From Chrysomallon squamiferum (lineage: Eukaryota; Animalia; Mollusca): 64,000 bases of DNA. Shown here in pieces: positions 42,701-56,122 of this stretch (position 1 is the stretch's first letter; each line of letters begins with the position of its first letter). The stretch is from positions 6,386,001-6,450,000 of the forward strand of contig CM022677.1 of NCBI GenBank assembly GCA_012295275.1. Reading direction: 5' to 3'. The notes under the pieces were generated by a model that had not been told where the DNA came from, searched no databases, and was given only the letters and a program-made list of their open reading frames with translations. Both the position numbers and the translations under genes were made by a program.

Positions 42701-45700
42701 GAACTACTTTAAATCAAGTTTTTATCAATATGCTTTTATGTGACTGGAGAAATGTTAATTGATTTGATTCTGTTTTATTTTCCCTCTCACTAAGTATATA
42801 ACAATTTTATTTACCAAAACAGGTGAACTGGGGATACATGTTGGTGGGTGGTGTTGCCTGCACATCCCTCCTAACTCCAGTGACATCGGCTTTCCATTCG
42901 GTATAAATAAAATTTCAAAATATAATAAAATAAACATATCATATAGAAATTAATAACAAACATGTGTTACACAGATAAATAAAAAATGAAACAATATAAA
43001 ACACCTACTCAAAAACATTATTTATGAATATATATATATAAGTCTTCAAGTTCAAACTCATGTAAATAATGCTTTAACATAAATATAATAATTATACCTT
43101 CTTGTAAAGTGGTAATAATCATTAAACAAAAATAGAAAAATTACCTAAAAGATCTACTAACATCAATCTAATTTAATCTGAATGAAAAACAAATATTTTA
43201 CAATTTTTAAAACAGAAATTTAATTAGATTATTGCATGTGTTCAGTATTTTAATTATAAAGGTAACATTTCCAAACACTCATCTGACTGCATTGTTTTAT
43301 TTCACAGCTTTATTTCATACTTTCTTATCATCCTATTAATAATATGAATTAATACAAACCAGAACATCAGGAGCTGTCTGACTGTTTGCTAGTCTGCTTT
43401 TAAGAGATGCTATCTCTTTAGCAATTTTAACTTTCTGTTCATCAGTTGTTAAACCAGAGATAGTGCTCTAGAAAAATAGATAGGTTAGACAAATATATTC
43501 AAAACAGTTTATTATTACTTTATTATTATTATTCTTATTACTATTTAATCTATGTTTTTATATTTTCTTTTCAGCCTGAGAATAAACTATAATATTATCA
43601 GCATTTTTTTTTTTTTTTTTATTTTTTTTATTACTAATTTGTTATTAAAATATCTTTTGACACAAAAAGCTGGTTTCAGTGATGAGACTTTCAGAAAAAC
43701 ATCTGTGTTCTTTATGGATCTAGATCAAATTTTATGTTATTACATTTTATTCTGTAGGAAATATACTGGATTTAATCTGTAAAATATGTTACAAAAATAT
43801 ATATACACTTGTGCATTAGTTTTGATTACTTGCTTACAGACTGAAATAAATAACTAACCCAATACCTGAACCAAAAAAATATATGAACTCTAAAGGTGTC
43901 TTACTTATTACTGATAAATTCATATTTTTGTTATATCACTATATACTGTTTTCTTTAAACACAGTGTTATGTACGAAGAATCCCTTTAAAAATTACCTTA
44001 CATACATTTTGATATTAAATAGAATTAACGACAAATATAAGAATTTTTTTTTTTACCGTTTCTTCTTTTTATTTTTTATTCATCAGATATTGATGAACTG
44101 TCATAAAAAATAAAAATTGTTCTTTATCTTATAAATGCTGAAAGTAATTTATTCTATGATCCAGTATGTGAATAAATTAAGTTAGATATAATCTAAGTTA
44201 ATATTTCCAGATATTTTTCAATGTCAGTTGGAAAAATAAACTCTATTCACCATTTACACAAATGAAATAAACATACTTCACAAAAAAATTCTTTTCTGGA
44301 AGCTTCATAATAATTTCAGTCTGTGAGCTTTCCATCTCATTTGCAAAATCACCTTCTTGACTGAAAGAAACAAAACAAAGAATTCAGATTTAAAATACAG
44401 GTACATTATATGTTGCACAACTGAAAATATTACATTGGAAACATAAAAATAACAAATATGAAATAAATAATTATTAAGTTCAGTGGTCATTTTCTTTATT
44501 TTCAGTAACTTATCAAGCCATTTCATAACTTCAAATAAAATAATTTTGTTCAAGGTAAACATCACATAGCAAGAACAGAAAACAAATATTATAGTTTAAA
44601 AAAAAAAGATAAAAACTGAAAATTATTTTAGAAATGACTCACCAATATCAGTCCTGGAAATACTCAGAGTGGGGATCTGAAACTAATCCATAATCCATAT
44701 TCTCTGACAGGAACAGGGTATCATCCCTGTGATTTCCACTGAAAATTAATAATAAGAATCTGAAAGTGAGAGAAAACAATTTCAACAAAAACATTGATAA
44801 CAGACAAACATTTTACATTATTCAAATAGTTGTAAATTCTGTGAATGAAATAGTGAAATAAATTCAAAATATCTGTTTATTGTTTATTGTTGAGATACAT
44901 TATTCTGTAATATAACAATAAGTGTGTATATGTGTGTCTTTTTGGGGGAATTTTTTTCTATTCATTAAGCAATTACCTTGTGACATTGTTAGAATCCATG
45001 TTTTGATGATCTTCTTGTAAAAGTTCTTTTCAACAAAAGGATCAACACCTCTTGGATCCAGCATGTTCATCAGTCTGATGAGATGTTCTTCGACAGAAAA
45101 AGACGACAGAATCTATTCTCCTCAGGAGCAGCATCATCAACAGCAGAAACATACTGCCACTGCTTCCACAGACATCCATTTTATAGCAGAAGGGAAGATG
45201 GTAGAAAGTGTAAATGGGAAAATAAATGAAGAATGTATTAATAACAATTAAGATACCAACTATAATATGCAAATTCCATATATTTTAAAATACATTTTAA
45301 GTTATAATTGTCCTTTTTCTCTCTCAAAATAAACTATGATTCATCTACAAGCATTAAACTTTTACAGAAGAGCAGTTTACATTACAAAACCCCAGTTTAC
45401 ATGCTTTTAAAAATTGTCCTATATTTTTTATTTAACATGGCCTTAAGTAGACTTTGTTTTTAGAAATGAAGTAAAAACACTTACTTGCTGATAAACCTGG
45501 TTGATGTCTGATGTCTTTTAAGTCAGTTATGTCTTTCATCGCCTATGATGACAGTACCTTCAAATAGAAACCATGAATTCATTAGATGGATATAGTTTCT
45601 ACTGGAATAGAGAATTACAGTTTATATTTTTAAAATAAAATCTTTGTAAAAAATCTACAATAATAAAACAAATGAAAAATATAATAAAAACATTGCAATT

Positions 45701-47444
45701 TCGGTGTGAGGTATTTGTCTCATTTGCCTTAATGTAGTTATGACCATGTTTAATATTTATTTGTAATCATTCACTGTCACATAAAGGATATTAAAATATT
45801 GTGAATGACGAAATTAATATGAAATATTTACTTATTATATTATTATTTAAATCAGTTTTGAAATATATCGGTATTTACATTTTCACCATCAATAGCAAAA
45901 ATCCAAATTTATTAAATATGAAACAATGAAAAAAGTTGCATTACCATATATATGTATTTTAAATAAATAAGTTAAATAATATATACTATCTGCTTAATCC
46001 ATAATTAAATGGCACTAAATATTCTATTTTCTCAGTTGTAAAAAAAAAAAATTAAAAAAAATTAAATTACTTTCTATTATTTTTATTTATTTATTGTTTT
46101 GTTTTGTTAAAGTTTAATGCATTAGAAAGCTGACAAAGAAATCACAAAAGTTATAATCAGAATCTCCGGATAAAACATATGGTGACAAAAGACAATAGTA
46201 TAATTTAATACTTGAACTGCTATTGCTGTTTGGCTGTCATAAAGTTTACTACCAATACCTACAATCATTATCACATGGCTGAAAGGCTTACTGCATCATT
46301 CCTCATTATCTGTTGAGTATCCCTGTCTCAGCTGTTATGATTTAATACAACTAAGATGAGAAGTAATGTTCTATTTGATACACCAGAAATTATATTGTTA
46401 ATTACAGACAGTAATAATATCATAGTTTATTACTAAAGAAATATTTTTATTTCTGTAAGCAGATTAATATTTTTTTCACAAAAAAATATTAGCAATTAAG
46501 TGAGAATGACCACAAATAATTTAAAAAATGGATCTATGATGGAGAAAAAGAAAGACTAACTAGTAAATATATAGAAAAGTAAAGTCAGGAAACTTTAAAC
46601 AGAAACGCTATATAAATAAAAAACATGGAGAAACACCTAGAGATAAATGTTCTCAGTTGATTAATATCAAACAAGAAAGCAGTATGAACTGAACTTGTTA
46701 TGTTAATGTCTTTTTGTCACTCAAATGAAACTAGACATTATTGGTAACTGTCCATCGGAAATCAATAAGAATGAACTGGAAATGTAAAAATCTACAAAGG
46801 AAAGGATATAAATGACTAAACTTGAGATTATATTTAGTTTCTAGATTAAAAATTACCTAGAACTGCAGCAGCCAGTAAATAAAATCATTTGTCTTTTGTC
46901 TTTACTTAAATTTCTTTCTCCTATTACTACAAATTCAGTTAAGCTGTCTTAAAACAGTTTCCACTATACCTTTCACTGGCGACCGTTGAACTATATGCAT
47001 TGTTAAGAACAGCTGAATTAACATTTTTTATTTTTTAAATAAACCTCGAAATGCTTCACAAACACGTTGATTATTTCGCTTTTGTATATAAAACACTTCA
47101 TTTTCCTCCACTACATAAATTATTGCCAACTCGTGAATCGTCGTTATCATTTACTTGTTTCAACAAATATGGCACATCGTTGTAGTCGGCACCAGTAAGT
47201 ACAAAGCTGTTCTCTGTGCTACAAATCAGCTCCATCCGGTAACTTAAACACTAACATATACGGCTGCAAGTTCGTCTTTTTTATATTTTCGTTAGCAAAG
47301 TCGCCATTCTATCGTCTTTCATCAACGCCGAGTTCACTAAACACTTCATCCGGATGGATCTCTTCACTTTCCTGCAATGATAACGCTATCACTATTTCTT
47401 TTTCCAAATCTATAATATTCTGCTAACGCTTTAATTTCATCCAT
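37220..47444 (-). pseudogene. C12orf4/FERRY3 (DUF2362)-like multi-exon pseudogene, copy A, with an N-terminal UIM-like motif
   Basis: ATG at 47444. Exon-like blocks at 47444-47155, 47012-46857, ~46330-46212, ~45542-45485, ~45180-44977, 44759-44643, 44360-44277, 43467-43360, 42450-42103, 40746-40701, 39931-39871, 38488-38327, ~37677-37480 and ~37438-37220, mostly AG/GT-bounded. Peptides LRQL(fs)TEFV, AAPEENRFCRLF..EHLIRL, SEYFQD*YCQEGDFANEMESSQ, MRAALELW, CTKSTKLPDLEQ and ELVPVFH are collinear with remembered C12orf4 [67 protein letters not shown] and EIHVAFH. Many stops and frameshifts. Confidence 0.55.
38095..38254 (-). mobile_element. Terminal fragment of the hAT-like MITE family found at 57482-58434
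   Basis: The reverse complement starts 'cagggcttgtaatggccagtcaccaaatgctatcaaagttc', matching 57482 'cagggctcgaaatggccag..accaaatgcgaccaaagttc'. Confidence 0.8.
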
Positions 47445-47780
47445 TAATCTGCTGTACGTTTTGTAACTTTCGGTCGGCGACTTCAAATAAAAAAGAAATT
47501 AACAACAACGCTCTGTACCAAGATAAAATCCATCGTCAAGCCCACACTTACAATACGATACGATACTCCAAAAAACATGAATAACAAGCACTCCTTCCGA
47601 CAGAGTTCCATTCACAAATCCAACACCAAACGTAATTGGCTGAATTATAAAACAGTGACCTATGATTTGATCTGTAATAAACATATCCATCCAATCAGCA
47701 CTATTATAAGTTCTGCTGCAGTCCAACTCAATTACTGATTAACCATCCCGTTGCGGAATGCATACCAATTTGAAAGTGGT
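47050..47780 (-). promoter_or_regulatory. CpG-retaining promoter/first-exon region of copy A with CCAAT boxes
   Basis: CpG density rises sharply relative to the CpG-poor 38-47 kb gene body. ATTGG at ~47635, CCAATC at 47691 and CCAAT at 47765 lie upstream of the ATG at 47444. Confidence 0.45.
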
Positions 47781-49559
47781 CCAAGATTTTCTGGTAAACT
47801 TAAAGAATTATGTTAACAATTATTGTTGGATATTGGGTACATCTAAGTAACTGTTTATATCTTTTCATAGTTTTGAAGAAAAAAATGCCATGTGCGTTAA
47901 CTTTAACTTAATATTATCGTTACTTTGATTATGTATTAAATATAGTATAAAAATTTAGTGTTTATATATTAGTTTACATTATATTTCTTATAAAACTTTT
48001 GTCATTTATTAAAATAGAAATATATTTAAAGTCAAAATGTAGAAGTAGATTTACTTTTATTTTCTTATAAATTCAAAACTATTTTAAAAAATAAATAAAT
48101 AAAAGAGAAAAATCCCAAGTCTTGTAATCTTTTCCTGTGCATTTTCTCAGCTTAAAAAATCGCATTAATTTATATTTCTCCGTATTTCTCTGCATCTCTT
48201 TATAGAAAAATAATACCTCCTTCTCTGACTATGTCTATGTTGCATAGTTTACATAATAAAATATCCAAGTAACATTATATATTTTATTATTTTTATTATG
48301 CAGGCATCATTATCCTTAGAAAACACACGTATTATTAATAAAATATAAACTCGATTTTTTTTTCGCTCTGCTGCTAGTCGTGTTATCTCAAGTTATCAGT
48401 AAAAAAGTCTGTGACATCGTTCTAAAGTAAAAATATTTAATACCACTTGCAGAAACTATTTATATATTTGATAAATAAAAGATTCTCTTTATGTTGTTTT
48501 CTATTATTCTCTAACATATAATATTGATAATTACAGAAATTATAAAGGGTATTATGGTTAAAGTTTTGTATACTTTTGTAACATACCAGAGATTATATAA
48601 AAAAAAAAAAAAAAACAAGAAGATCTTATTACTGGAAGAAACGGGATCCCGCTGGGCTAAAATGAAATTTTGTTATCTATCACAATTTAGTTACATTGGA
48701 AATCACAGAAAGAGGCAAATCTTCTGGGCTCACAACGGTTATACTGCGTGTGTAATGACTAGCGCTATGGCCATACGGTTGCATCGTTATAACCTCTGAT
48801 CTGTGTTTTATAATAACAACAAGAGTAATAATAATAATAACAATACTGCTCATACAGGAAATAGATTTTACTGTTGACAAAGAAAAAAAAGAAAAGAAAA
48901 TAATGAAATAAATCAACTTTAAAAGGTAATCTGCAAATATTTGCAGGAACAAATAATAATAAAGAAAGAAAGGAAAAATAGAAAACAAAAAATCATAAAA
49001 ATTAATACGTATTATATTATTAAAGATTGATAATTTTCTGATTTCATATTTAGTAAACTCACTTTTAAAAATTTTTGAATTTAATAAGGACACAACATTT
49101 AGTAAATTTACAATACTTTGGATGATTAAAAACGCCACTGTTTTGGTACTGAACACTAAAAAGTAAAGTTTCAGTTTTTTTGCTCTAGTGAAATGTTTAG
49201 CATAAACTTAGTTTTTGAGTTTACTCTTCACTTTTTCACTATAACAATGTGTAATAAGTTTTTGTTTTTTAAGTTATTATTAATGTCTTTGTAAAAATTA
49301 AATACATATTTAATAAACTTACTTTTCAGTAAAAATAAAAAATAAAACAAAATAAAGAATTAACCTATATTCTTAATATTTCGTTAAATCACAACACTAT
49401 CGCTGACTTTCTGGTAAAATAAAACGTAAAATACGTTGCAGTATCTTATTGTGATTTGTGTAAACTGCGGTTATAAAATGAAATATCATATTAAACTGTT
49501 CTAGTGAGATAACAACTTCTATATTTCTGAACATATACTGGTATTCTGATGTCTAACTA

Positions 49560-50230
49560 TGAATGTATTAATATCGATAATGACTTACGATAGGAACAAC
49601 GCCGTTTCGACGGAAACGATGTCGGCGTTAATAGAAATATTAATAACAACATATTTTAATACAGGGTGCACACGCTCAGAAACAAGAACAATAGTTAATA
49701 AAAAGCGAAGAAGAATAAAGAGAAGTACACGGATAACGTTAGGAACAACGCCGTTAAGACGACAAATACGGGGACATTAACAGAAATACTAATAATATAT
49801 TTTAATATAGGGTGTGCGCACTCAAAGGGAGACTAACAATTAATAGAAAGTTCAAAACTTTTACAGGATTCGCTCTGTCAGAAGGTTATAATAATAGTTA
49901 CTAAAACGCAAATCAGAATAATGCGAACTACCCCAAGTCGTTAAGGAGAACGCAGGTACGGTATCGTTAACAGTAGTAATAAAATTTAATTTAATAATAC
50001 ATTTTAAGATAGGATGCGCGGAATCAAGAATAATAGTTAATAAAAAGCGAAGAAGAATAAAGAGAATTTCACGAATAACGACAGGAACGATGACAACGAC
50101 AGCGCCAACGTGAGACAAACAGTTAATAAACAGCGCTTACAGAATAAGTAGAAGTGCTCCAATAACAGCAAGGAGAACGCAGATACGACGGCAACGACGG
50201 GGACATTAACAGAAATAAGAAAAATATATA
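49560..50230. repeat. Degenerate CpG-containing tandem repeat, about 4 units of roughly 170-180 bp
   Basis: 'aatagttaataaaaagcgaagaagaataaagagaa' at 49690 and 50032; 'tattttaat..agggtg.gc' and 'cgggacattaacagaaata' also recur. Confidence 0.75.
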
Positions 50231-50261
50231 TTGAAATAGGAAAGTAAGAATAATAGCAAAA

Positions 50262-50650
50262 CTGACAGGAACAGGGTATCATCCCTCCGATTTTCACTGA
50301 AAATTAACAAAAAGAATCAGAAATTAAGAAAATATACTTTACAAAATATTAAGTCAACTGGTCTGGTAAAGTACAATATATTTGATGAGTTAATAAACAC
50401 TTACTTCAAGCTGGTCAATAATTACTGCTAAAACAGACCAAATCTAAAATAAAGAAGAAATATTTTATTTAAGAACCTAAACAGCATGTCTTTTTTACTA
50501 GTTTTTATATCTTTAAAGGTAACTAACTACACAGGTAATGAAAAGAAACCCTGTTTCTGTGGTTGTGTGAGCACCATCTTGAACACACCTGACAATTCAG
50601 ATCTGTGCAAGAAACATATGTGGTTGTATTCTATTCCAAGAGGACCACAC
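50262..50650 (-). pseudogene. C12orf4/FERRY3-like fragment, copy C (three short exons)
   Basis: 50262-50323 is a clear DNA-level paralogue of the copy A exon at 44705-44765 ('ctgacaggaacagggtatcatccct..tt.cactgaaaatta'). The upstream exon reads SELSGVFKMVLTQPQKQGFFSL (compare [22 protein letters not shown]). A small AG/GT exon lies at ~50443-50405. Confidence 0.5.
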
Positions 50651-51561
50651 TGAAAGGATAATAATTTAATATTTCTTATAATGGTTTTGCTTTTAATGAG
50701 TACAAACTAGAATGTCAAGTGTTTAAAAGAAAAACTGATGCTAACTTAATTAGTAACAGTTTAACAGTGAAAGCTAAATAACTCTCTCGCCGAGTCGCAC
50801 AACTAAATTAAAAGATGATAGTTAAAATTATTAAATATTACTCGATGTATAAAATATCAGTAACACATTAAAACTCGATGGGAAAGTAAGTCCAGTTAAT
50901 ACTGGTGAAATAACTTTTAGTAAGTTTATTTGAAATGATTTAAGTTTATGAATTTGGAATTGTGAATTTGTTTTAGATATTATTTCTGATGATATATTTT
51001 AATAATTTTGTTGTGGAAATGAGAACATTGTATTCACAGCGCATAATTGACGTCACAAAATCCCGAGCTAAAACTGACAAAAAAAAAATAAAGAAATAAA
51101 ATGAAACAAATAAAAAAAAGAAATAAAGAAAGAAATAAATAAAAATAAAAAAAATAATAAAAAAATGAGTTGTATTCAAATATTGTTCCACAAAATGTTT
51201 TTCCTGAATAACAGCTCTGCGGGATCAGTAATGAGCGATTTTTTAAATATTTATTGGAAAGAATCGATTTTATTGACCTAAATCAAAGTTTTATAACATT
51301 TGAATACGATGGCAGGTGCCCGGAACCTCAGCATCTGATTGGTTAAACAATGTAGATATTTTTATTTATTTATTTATTGAATTATTAATTCAAAAACACT
51401 ATAAATTATATCTTATTTTCTAAAGAGATACTGTATTTTATTTTATTTATTTATTTATTTTTTTTTTTTTTTGGTGTTATTATCTTTGCAACAATAAATA
51501 TTTTCAGCTGATATTATTCTATTGTAAAAATATAGTATTTTTTCAAAATAGTCTTAGAAGA

Positions 51562-51627
51562 TGAGTTAAACAGACATAGTAGTAATTTTACATCTGTATA
51601 ATTAATTCTGAATAGAAGGTGTGGCTG
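51562..51627 (-). repeat. Short dispersed repeat, inverted copy of 55963-56027
   Basis: 'gtagtaattttacatctgtataattaattctgaatagaaggtgtggctg' pairs with 'cagccacaccttctattcagaattaattatagagatgtaaaattactac'. Confidence 0.85.
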
Positions 51628-53246
51628 ACAGGAAAGGAAGTAATACTTTTGAAAAAAAAAAAAAGTAAAATGTCAAGTTAAAAACCAAAAAAAAAAGTTA
51701 AANCCTTTTTCAAAATGTATTGTAAGAGATTTGTTTGCGTTACCATTGCAGAATGATTAATGATTGATTGTAGTAAGTGAGGAACTTTATCAGTTTCTAC
51801 AGAGTGTCAGGAAAAAACCAGAATGTTGTTGGGTTTTAACTTTGTGTGTGTTTTATTATAAACGATATTAACGTTATATTTTGTCCATTTCAAAATTTGA
51901 ATAATTTTCTAAAGTTAAAGATAGAAGCTTTATATATCCACTCCACATCTAAATATTAATATTAAAATTAAAATTATATTCACGTCATTAAAATTTTATT
52001 TTTAATATGCCATGTACTGTTATCAATGAAAATTAGCTATACAACACATCTTGAAAAACGTATATTTTTATATTATTTTCCAAGTTAGCGTCCTTCTCAC
52101 AGTATAATGATGGTCTTTCATGTTATGTTATTTTATTATTAACGTGAATATATGTGAAGTGCTAGATGAAGATTGTATTTACTATTGTTTTGATATTACC
52201 GACAATTAAATGTGCACTTTTCAGTGTGATTTGTTTCTTTCCCCTCCATGTTTTTTTTTTTTTTTTTTTTTTAATTGAGTAAAGTGAGATAATCCCGAAT
52301 GAAATTCCATAATTATTCATTAATATGACCGATAATCTCTAATTATTCTAATTTTAATATCCGTGATAAAAACTGGTTCTTAATTTGATATTGATGGTTA
52401 CAATGGTCAGCGTAAATAGCGATACTCTTTAGTTAGAAATTACTGTGCTTCTAAAATGTTCACGATTTCTCCTTTAATTATATTATAAATAAATCAGTTT
52501 ATTATTATTATTATTATTATTATTATTTATTATTATATACTCTTTTTTTTAATAAAGAAGTATTTAGTTCTCACCTTTTTCTTTTTTTTCAGGTAATTAA
52601 TTCTCACCTTCTTCTTTTTACAGTTAATTAAGCCGCTTATTTTCATAACGCCATGTAAAATTATAATTTATAATTGTCAGTAATATTTAGTAGCTTATCT
52701 GTGATTATCAATATTTTGGGTAGTGTATATAACGTTTAAGTTTCACGTACAGTGAAATTACACCTTTTATTATACGATTTAGAATTAGTAAAATACCACG
52801 TTATTTTAACAAAACGAACGTTTCGTACCTGAATCTCAGGTTATTTTCATAAAGTTCTGCTGTATATATATAGTACTTTTTCTAATATTAATTAAAAAAG
52901 AACACCCGCTGTATTTTCCAAAACAGTGTTTTAATATTAGCTACACTTCTGCTAAGAAAAATAATAATTTAAATTCTGATTGCAACGTTAAAACGTTTTC
53001 ATAACGCCGTGTAAAGTTAATCCTAGTTTTTCACTGAATCATGTTTCTGGTGTTTATAAAATGTCACACTGTATGCGCCCTCTTTATTTCTCGATATATT
53101 TTTGACGTCACATATAAAACCACTCTTATTTTAAAAAATTACAACACGGAAGCTCCATCTATATTTCTGTATGTTCACAGTGAAATCATACCTGTAATTT
53201 TCAGTATAATTTGTCATTTAACTAACTGAATATCATCTCATTCTAG

Positions 53247-53470
53247 AAGTATAGCTGAGAAATTCAGAAATAAGGAACCTTGCAGATTCCAGTTCTCTGT
53301 TACTAACCAAATCAGGATTAGTTTTTAGCTGCCCCTGAGTTTCTACTGATAATTAACTAGTGATTTTCTTTTTCTAGACAGAGGTATATTTAAAAAGCTG
53401 AGATTATATTTTCAAATATTAGTAAATAATTAATTATATATGGAGTGATATTCATCTTTTTAGTTTCAAG
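53247..53470 (+). pseudogene. C12orf4/FERRY3-like C-terminal exon pair, copy E
   Basis: Exons 53247-53320 (K*GTLQIPVLCY, compare DITTISIPLLL) and 53378-53470 (RYI*KAEIIFSNISKY*LYME, compare [20 protein letters not shown]), joined in phase across an AG/GT intron and ending at donor gtgaga. Confidence 0.4.
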
Positions 53471-56122
53471 GTGAGACGTAAAGTATATATATATATGCTA
53501 CGTTATTGAATTTATTTGTTTTATGTATTTTAAATATATATCTGTGTGTTTGTGTGTGTTTTATGTAATTCTCCTGACTTTTTGACTTTTATGCTTCTAG
53601 TTTCTTCTTATTCCTGTGTTTATTCATATTTCTTCATACTGTTTTTATTTATTTTCATTTTTGTCTTTTCTTTAAAGTTATTTGATGGTTTAATTTTTTA
53701 ACCTATTTACCATGATTATTGTTTCTTATTATTTTTCTACATTGTCATTTCTTCAAAATCTTCTTTTTCTTCTTGTCTGTTCCTCTTGTCTGTATTTTCG
53801 TAATATACAATTTACTTGTTATTTTTCTGTCTCCCAGTGTCTGTTCATAGTTCTTATTCTTCTTTCTTTTTCTTTTTCATATTTTCAATTCTTAATTTTT
53901 ATTTTAATGAATTTTATTATTTATTTTATTTTATTTTTTAATGTTTTTTTGTTTTTGTTATTCTTGTTATTTTTCTTCTTCATTCTTTTTGTTTCTTATT
54001 CTTCATTTCCTAGTTTCTGCTTATTCTTTTACATTACTATTATTTACTTTTTTTTTCCTGACACGATACTGAGCCAAACAATGAGGACAAAGTCTTTAAA
54101 AATAAAAAGTGCTTAAAATGAATAAAAAAACTAGTTGAGATATTAGATAAAACTTGCTTTCAACTAATACTGAAGCCAAAGTTGTCATTTTCTTGTTCAC
54201 TTGACTGTAGTGAGTAATCAAACAAATACTGTTGGTGATGTAAGTTACACGACGACGTTTTAATCCAGTAATACAATGAATAAACTGATTTAATGAGATG
54301 TATATTGATATAATTGGTGTGTTGTGGTATCTCATTTCAATGTAATTGATAGGTTAAAAAAAGAATTCACATATGATGTGGTAGTTTGGCAATAAAGTTG
54401 TGGACACCGTATCTTACGACATATGCAGAGTTCAAATGGCTTTTTCTTTTCCATGTCAGTGTTTGTTCCTGAATCAGAAAGAAATGCAAAGAAAAACTAG
54501 AAGTACGCTTTTCAAATAACAAAGTTTAGCAGATAATATGTCGTAAGTTACAAGACACGAAAAAGTCATCATCCATAAAAATGAAAAATATTATCCAGAA
54601 ATAAAACAACAAAATGTGAAACAGTCTTCTGTTTTATTTCAGTTTCACTTCTTTAATTAACTGATGTTCGTTTCACAGAGACATGTGATCACGTGCAAAT
54701 CTGCCCGGAGCAGTCACACAAAATCAGCTAAAAATGCTAAACTGTAATGTATCGTCTTATAACTTTAACTAAAAACACATGTTTGAATGTAAATCGTGGG
54801 AATAAAAGCTGTGTAGAAGTAAACAAACAAAGAAACGAAAATGAGGTACAAAGTTCGACAACAATGGTAACGAACAACAATGATTTTTAACTAATTCACT
54901 GTATAAACCTGATGGCATAACAAATAATTACATAAACAATTACTGGCTCTTTCTTATATATATATATATATGCAATGTGTTTGTGTGTGCGCGCGCGTGT
55001 CCATATATATCTGTCTGTGTAAAAATGTAAAATTATTTAAATTTATTTTCTGAATATGAAAGTGTAAGAAAAATGACTTTTGTAAACTGCGAATGTGAAA
55101 ACGGACTCAATAAATTTATTGAAATATACGCATACTAATAAAAACATATTCCTTATATCAATTCAGGTCTTTTGTTTTATGATTTATCGTCAGCGATCAA
55201 GTGGTTTAAGAGAATTTACATTATCCTCACTTGAAGAAATCACAGTTGTTTTCACACCAGTGTTTACAATAATCATGTTCTATGAGAAAGGATAGATTTT
55301 CAGAGTTAGGTTTGATGCTGAAGTGTGCACTTGTTTAACCAACACAGCACTGATTTTCTGAGACTACCGAGTTTAAGATTAATAAAGTATAATGAAAATT
55401 ATAAACAACATTCGCAAATTTCTTCACTGGAATATTTTGATTACTGTTACGGAAATGTGTTCAAAGTTTTTCGTAGAGATGTTTATTGTATTCGTAACAG
55501 TTCATTCAAATGTATCTTAAAACTGCGTTAATAATGAAAAAACGAAACAGAAAAAATTATATTTATTTTAAAAAATAACAGTAATAGTAATAAAAGTAAA
55601 TAATAATAATAATAGCAATAACAATAATTAAAAACAATAAAAATAATATAAAACCAACAACAACAACAACAACAATAATAATCCTAGGAAAAATATACTG
55701 GTGGCATAACCCCCCACACAAATGGAGTGAGGAAGATGATCAAAGAAGAAAATAACATATATAAGTGAAACAGAAATATGAGGACAAAAAGAAAAAGTAG
55801 AAAAAAACAATAACATTCTGACTTTTGCCTGAGACACTACATACACTGACACATTTCCTCACAGTCAGTCATTAATCATTCTGCAATAGTAACGCAAAAC
55901 ACATATTTTAAATTGAGTGCTATCATCCAAATATTGAACTAACAGGCTTTGAGATCAAATCCCAGCCACACCTTCTATTCAGAATTAATTATAGAGATGT
56001 AAAATTACTACTCTGTCTGTTTAACTCGACTTTTAACATTCTAAAACTATTGTGAGAAAATACCTAAAACGGTAGAACTGATCACTGGATCAACATTCTC
56101 ACTTATGGTTAACATATGATTA

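Noticed and set aside
42390-43467. TTDEQKVKIAKEIASLKSRLA..PDVLVIEIIQG as the LRRIQ3 IQ region
   Set aside because: No LRR repeats or other conserved LRRIQ3 motifs are found upstream; likely chance similarity.
47482-47487. TTTGAA as a CHR cell-cycle promoter element
   Set aside because: The hexamer is too frequent in DNA this AT-rich, and the DBF4 assignment that motivated it was dropped.
51703-51703. Single N base
   Set aside because: Assembly ambiguity with no biological meaning.
54096-54900. Coding-looking, CpG-containing segment (ORF 54096-54335)
   Set aside because: No recognisable domain or consistent splice pattern; possibly transposon debris, but I cannot support a call.
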